From Takakia lepidozioides (Eukaryota > Plantae > Bryophyta), in contig CM060731.1 of assembly GCA_030704615.1 (NCBI GenBank), positions 84,816,001 to 84,880,000 on the forward strand: a stretch of 64,000 nt of DNA, in the 5' to 3' direction. The position numbers and the translations under genes were made by a program. A model generated the notes under the pieces. The model saw only the letters and a list, made by a program, of their open reading frames with translations. It was not told the DNA's origin and made no database searches. Below are positions 59,880-64,000 of this stretch, one piece after another (positions within the stretch are counted from its first letter, which is position 1; each line of letters begins with the position of its first letter).

Positions 59880-60545
59880 ACAAGATATGTATCATGCAAG
59901 ATATCATGGGCATGTAAGAACAACTTGCCACATTATAGATCCAAGATATGTATACACAGGTACCTTGAAGTGACCCAAAACATTCACCATGCAAGGCTCC
60001 ATGGGTAGGTAAGAACAACCTGCCCTACTACAGATTCAGGGTATTACATACAAGCACCTTGAAGGACCAGCCTGCAATTTACCAGATTTCAAACATGCAA
60101 CCAAGTAATCTTCTTGGGCATGATAAAACATATTGCAGCTTCGCTCTTTGCCATTTGTAGGTACCCCAAGACATGCATCATGCAAGGCTCCTTGGGTAGG
60201 TAAGAACAGCCTGTCCTACTATAGATTCAGGATATGTTCATACAAGTACCATGAAGGACCAGCTTGCAATTAATCAGATTTCAGGCATGCAACCAAGTAA
60301 ACTTCTTGGGCATGACAAGCCTGCCATAGTACAGATTCAAGACATGTATACACAAGCATCTTGATGGACCAGCCTGCAATTTATTAGACTCCAAACAAGC
60401 AACCAAGTGACCCACTTGGGCATGACAAGACAAACTGCACCTTCATTCTACACCATGTATAATTGCCCCAAGACATGCATCATGTAAGACATTTTGGCAT
60501 GGAAGAAAGGCCTGCCATGTTACTGCTTCAAGATATGGACACACA
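59880..60545. repeat. Diverged ~110-190-bp tandem repeats
   Basis: catgcaaggctcc.tgggtaggtaagaaca occurs at ~59988 and ~60179, and ggaccagc.tgcaatt occurs three times. Confidence 0.7.
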
Positions 60546-62476
60546 TACACTTTGAGTGCCCGAGACCAAGCCCACTTGGCCAAAAAATAATAAATCATAC
60601 ATTGCAGGTGGCTGGTCTGATGGCAAAATAAGGCAAATAATCACTGGCAAAGGTCCAGTAGAGCTTACCACCATTGTTTTCCAGGAGGCTTATGCCAAGT
60701 TTTGCCAATAAAACCTCACTATGCTCCATTCCACACCAAATCCAGGCCTGAAAGAGGCCTGTCATTGCCTTATCAGGCTGCCATCTTTAAAAACAGGGCC
60801 TTCTCATCCTTAGAACCTAACAACCATTGATGCCTTTACCCATAAACCAGAACTCCGCTTTTAAGGCCAAAATAGTACCTAGTTTAAAAATCCACAGGCA
60901 ATGCTATCAAAGATTCAAGACAAGGTAAGGTCCAGATGCTGGGCTTCAAGAGACAAGCCTACCAGGCCGAAGTGCTCCATCAAAGGCAGCAAAACATAAG
61001 TCAAAAGTAAGCATCAGCATGCCAAACCAGGAGCAAGCGGGCCGAAATCGGGGCTGCAGGCAGCAGCTAAGTCAGGACGCCATACACAATAGGTTCCCTT
61101 TGCCCACATCCTTATCTGCAAGCTTAAGAGAATTCAAAGCAAGTATGGATCCTCACCTGGTCCTATCACAAGCCCCCACAAAAACCAACAGGTTAGTGAG
61201 GATTGTGGAACCCCAGGTGAATCACAGACCCCTGTCATCGATGTCAACTAAGAACCTCAAAAGCAAGAGAGAAAGACATAAAGCAAAAGGAACCCTAATC
61301 ACCAAAAGCACCTTAAGCGATTGGGGAAGATAACTGTGCGCCATTGCCACCAGCAAGCCACCTCCAGCAAAGCTAAGGAGAAGTGAAGCATACAAGCACT
61401 CTTGCTAGGTTTAAGAACGGAGAGAGAGATACTTCCCAACACAAGCGCTAAATTAAAAGCCAGAGGAGGGAAAGAGACGATGCATTCACAGCATTATCTC
61501 CCGCCTGTGAGAAGAGACAAAACGTCGCCATTGCGCATCCCCAGGAGATCGTCCAACATGGGTACGATGCAGCAAACAGGGGAGCAGCAAAACACAGACG
61601 CCATAACTCTCATCCCGCGAGCTCAGAAGCACGAGCAGTGCTTCTGACGGCGGGAGAGACACCCTAGGGCTCATGCCCAATTTTTCATCCGTGCAGGATG
61701 AGTAATCAATACCATTTTTCGAAACCCGACGGATGTCATCCGTAGGTTATAGGGCAGGGGTTAGGGTTTCATTCCTTAATTTACCATAATTAAGGGTAAT
61801 TAATCATTAGTCCAGGGCCATCATAAGCTGCATATTTCATCTGATTCAGATGAAAAAATCAATAATTTCATCCGTTGGAGAAAGTTCGTCAGTAGGATGG
61901 AAAAACAGTAAATAACATCCAAAGCATCGGTTTCACATCCTAACAGGTAATTCAACATCCCAAAAAAAAAGCCTCATCCAGTACGGAAAAAAACCATTAA
62001 AGAGGAATGAACGAATTAATATCCTGCTATTTTTCATCCGATATGGATGGAAAAAAAAATACATAGGATGCCGGTGTCAACCCCTACAGAGGTAATTCCT
62101 CATTCTCTGGTGACTCATCTGGTATGGATGAAAGTCAATAAAAGAGGAATGAAAAAATCATAGACTCAGTTTAGAGATAATTTAGTGTTCACCCAGGTAA
62201 TTTATCCGGTATGGATAAAAAATTGTTATAGGGCGGGTGAAAAAACTATTTAGAGTCCATCCGGTATAGATGGAAAAACAGGGAAAAAAAAACACTGATA
62301 AAACCAGCCAATTCCAAGGAGGGAGGGAGAGAGAGGGAGAGAGAGGGAGAAATGAGGGAGGGGGGGGGGCGATAAAATAAAAATGGTTGCTCTTTTTCTT
62401 TTTTTCTCCCTCATCTCTCCCTCTCTCTCTCTCCCTCTCCCTCCACATCCTGACGGGCCAGAGGGAGAGATGAGGG

Positions 62477-62480
<4 letters not shown>

Positions 62481-62560
<80 letters not shown>
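62481..62560. repeat. (GA)n microsatellite followed by poly-A and poly-G tracts
   Basis: About 40 GA units, directly visible. Confidence 0.97.
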
Positions 62561-62563
<3 letters not shown>

Positions 62564-64000
62564 GAAGGAAAAAAAAAAAAAAAAAAAAAAAAATGGGGGG
62601 GGGGGGTTTGACTGAGCAGCCGTTGCTCAGTTACTCCACCCACCACCTTCTTTTTATTTTTCCCCCCCTCAACACTCCCTCTCTCTCCCTCTCTTCCTCT
62701 CTCTCCACATCCTGATGGAAATAAAAAAAAACCATAAGGTAGGGGGGGGGAGACTGAGAAGCAGCACGGTCTGCTGTTGCTGAGTCCCCGCCCCCCCGAC
62801 CTTCTGGTTTTTTTTGTTTTTGTGAGCAGCACAAAAGAGAGGGAAGATACTTTTTGTCATGTCAAGACAAAGAGTACAGGACCCCTAGGGTTGTTGTCAG
62901 GAAAAAGAAGAATAATCAGACATATCAGCCACTTAACAGTGGCACCATCCATCAATCATCAAGCTAGAAAATCCAGAATTACCTCCATGCACAGTCATGT
63001 GTTCATGTTAGTAATATTCATAACCCATAGAGTACTTCAACAATATTGATTGACCACCAGTCATGATCAGGATACACATTTAGAGGTCTGGGTGGGATGG
63101 CGGGTACTTGGTCATATTTTGGCCTTGATGTGTTGTAGGTCAAGTGGTCATACAGATTTACAATCCATGTTGATTGATGTCCGCAAGCTGGAATCCAAGT
63201 ATACTTACTCAAACCCCATGGGTGTCTTGGGTACCTCAGATTTAAATATTTTGCCCTGTCAGTATTTGTTTAAACTGATCTGCAGCACAGCTTGCCCCGG
63301 CAGGGGAGGGGGGACATGTCTGGTTAATTTTCCAGATCACCCCTATACCATTATTTCTTGCTACAGCTGAAAATCAAAATTCATGATACAGCAAGGCAAG
63401 TATAAGGCATTGCATACATATCCTATGACAATTCATGACACTGCCAAACACACCCTATTCGCATCATACCACATTTGACCATGTCATTACACCATGCCCA
63501 GGGAGTATTTCCACTTATCCTCCCTGGCAGCTTCAAAAACCAGTCACCAAATATATTGCTGCCATTTTTCATTGTCAGCCAAGTGGCCACAAGCATAAAC
63601 TTCACCATACCCTGGCCTAAGCATCTAGCTTAAGAGCCATCCGGGTTGAAACACAATAGGGGTATTTTACCATCATGGGTACCCAAGTGGCTGCAGCAAA
63701 CAGCTCCTTGCAGCCCCCCCTTTTTTTCAACTACCATAAGGCAAGCAAAGCAAACCAGGGCCCGATAAACAGATGTGTGTCCTACACAAGCCATCATAAA
63801 CTCGGCTGTCACAGCAAAGTAAAGGCCTTCCATTGGCTGGGCAGGAGTAGCCCACCCTAAACAACACTAAACTTGTTCTTCGTAGATAAAAGAAAGAGGT
63901 AGGATCAAGAAAAACCATAGAGTAGTTTAGTTTTTCAACATTTTAAGATGAATCCATGGCCAGCAACCCCTTCCACAGCTCTGCAACCCACTTGGCATCC

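Larger units (their letters stand above)
57865..62950. repeat. Three diverged tandem units of an unidentified non-coding repeat
   Basis: GA tract + TGTCATGTCAAGAC...GGCACCATC occurs at 57888, 59627 and 62855. Segment 59100-59360 is homologous to 61525-61775. Confidence 0.6.

Noticed and set aside
62182-62860. ORFs with SLSLSL / ERERER runs
   Set aside because: Artefacts of the (GA)n microsatellite and homopolymer tracts.

Overview
Repeat-dense eukaryotic DNA with no host gene recognised. GT-AG introns, a tRNA-iMet PBS, an L1-type LINE and Ty3/gypsy elements suggest a plant, probably a non-seed plant (inference). The window is a stack of nested transposons: (i) two pieces of Ty3/gypsy family G1 (1-2559, 53531-54325); (ii) a decayed L1-like LINE (2560-6790); (iii) a non-chromovirus Ty3/gypsy family G2 with extra 5' and 3' ORFs, present as one full insertion with an ATTGT TSD (13970-26614), one insertion with an AAATA TSD split by a ~9.4 kb inversion (30633-34529 plus 35290-43901), and a pol fragment (51971-53530); (iv) a Penelope-like RT (54326-56381); (v) degenerate repeats at the 3' end. 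The main result comes from removing the gypsy insertions and undoing the inversion. This reconstructs a >=13 kb Mutator (MULE)-like DNA transposon. It encodes a GCM-like/DDE/SWIM transposase and, divergently, an intron-containing gene that fuses a ParB/Srx-like domain (DGNHRLLA) to a beta-class N6A/N4C DNA-methyltransferase-like domain (ILDLTCGTG; motif IV reads DILD instead of DPPY). Its introns and spacers carry arrays of a GAAATTCGGCGCCGAATTTC palindrome. A second, diverged element with the same layout (about 7230-13420) sits inside it. All domain calls are by-eye motif recognition and need HMM or structure confirmation.
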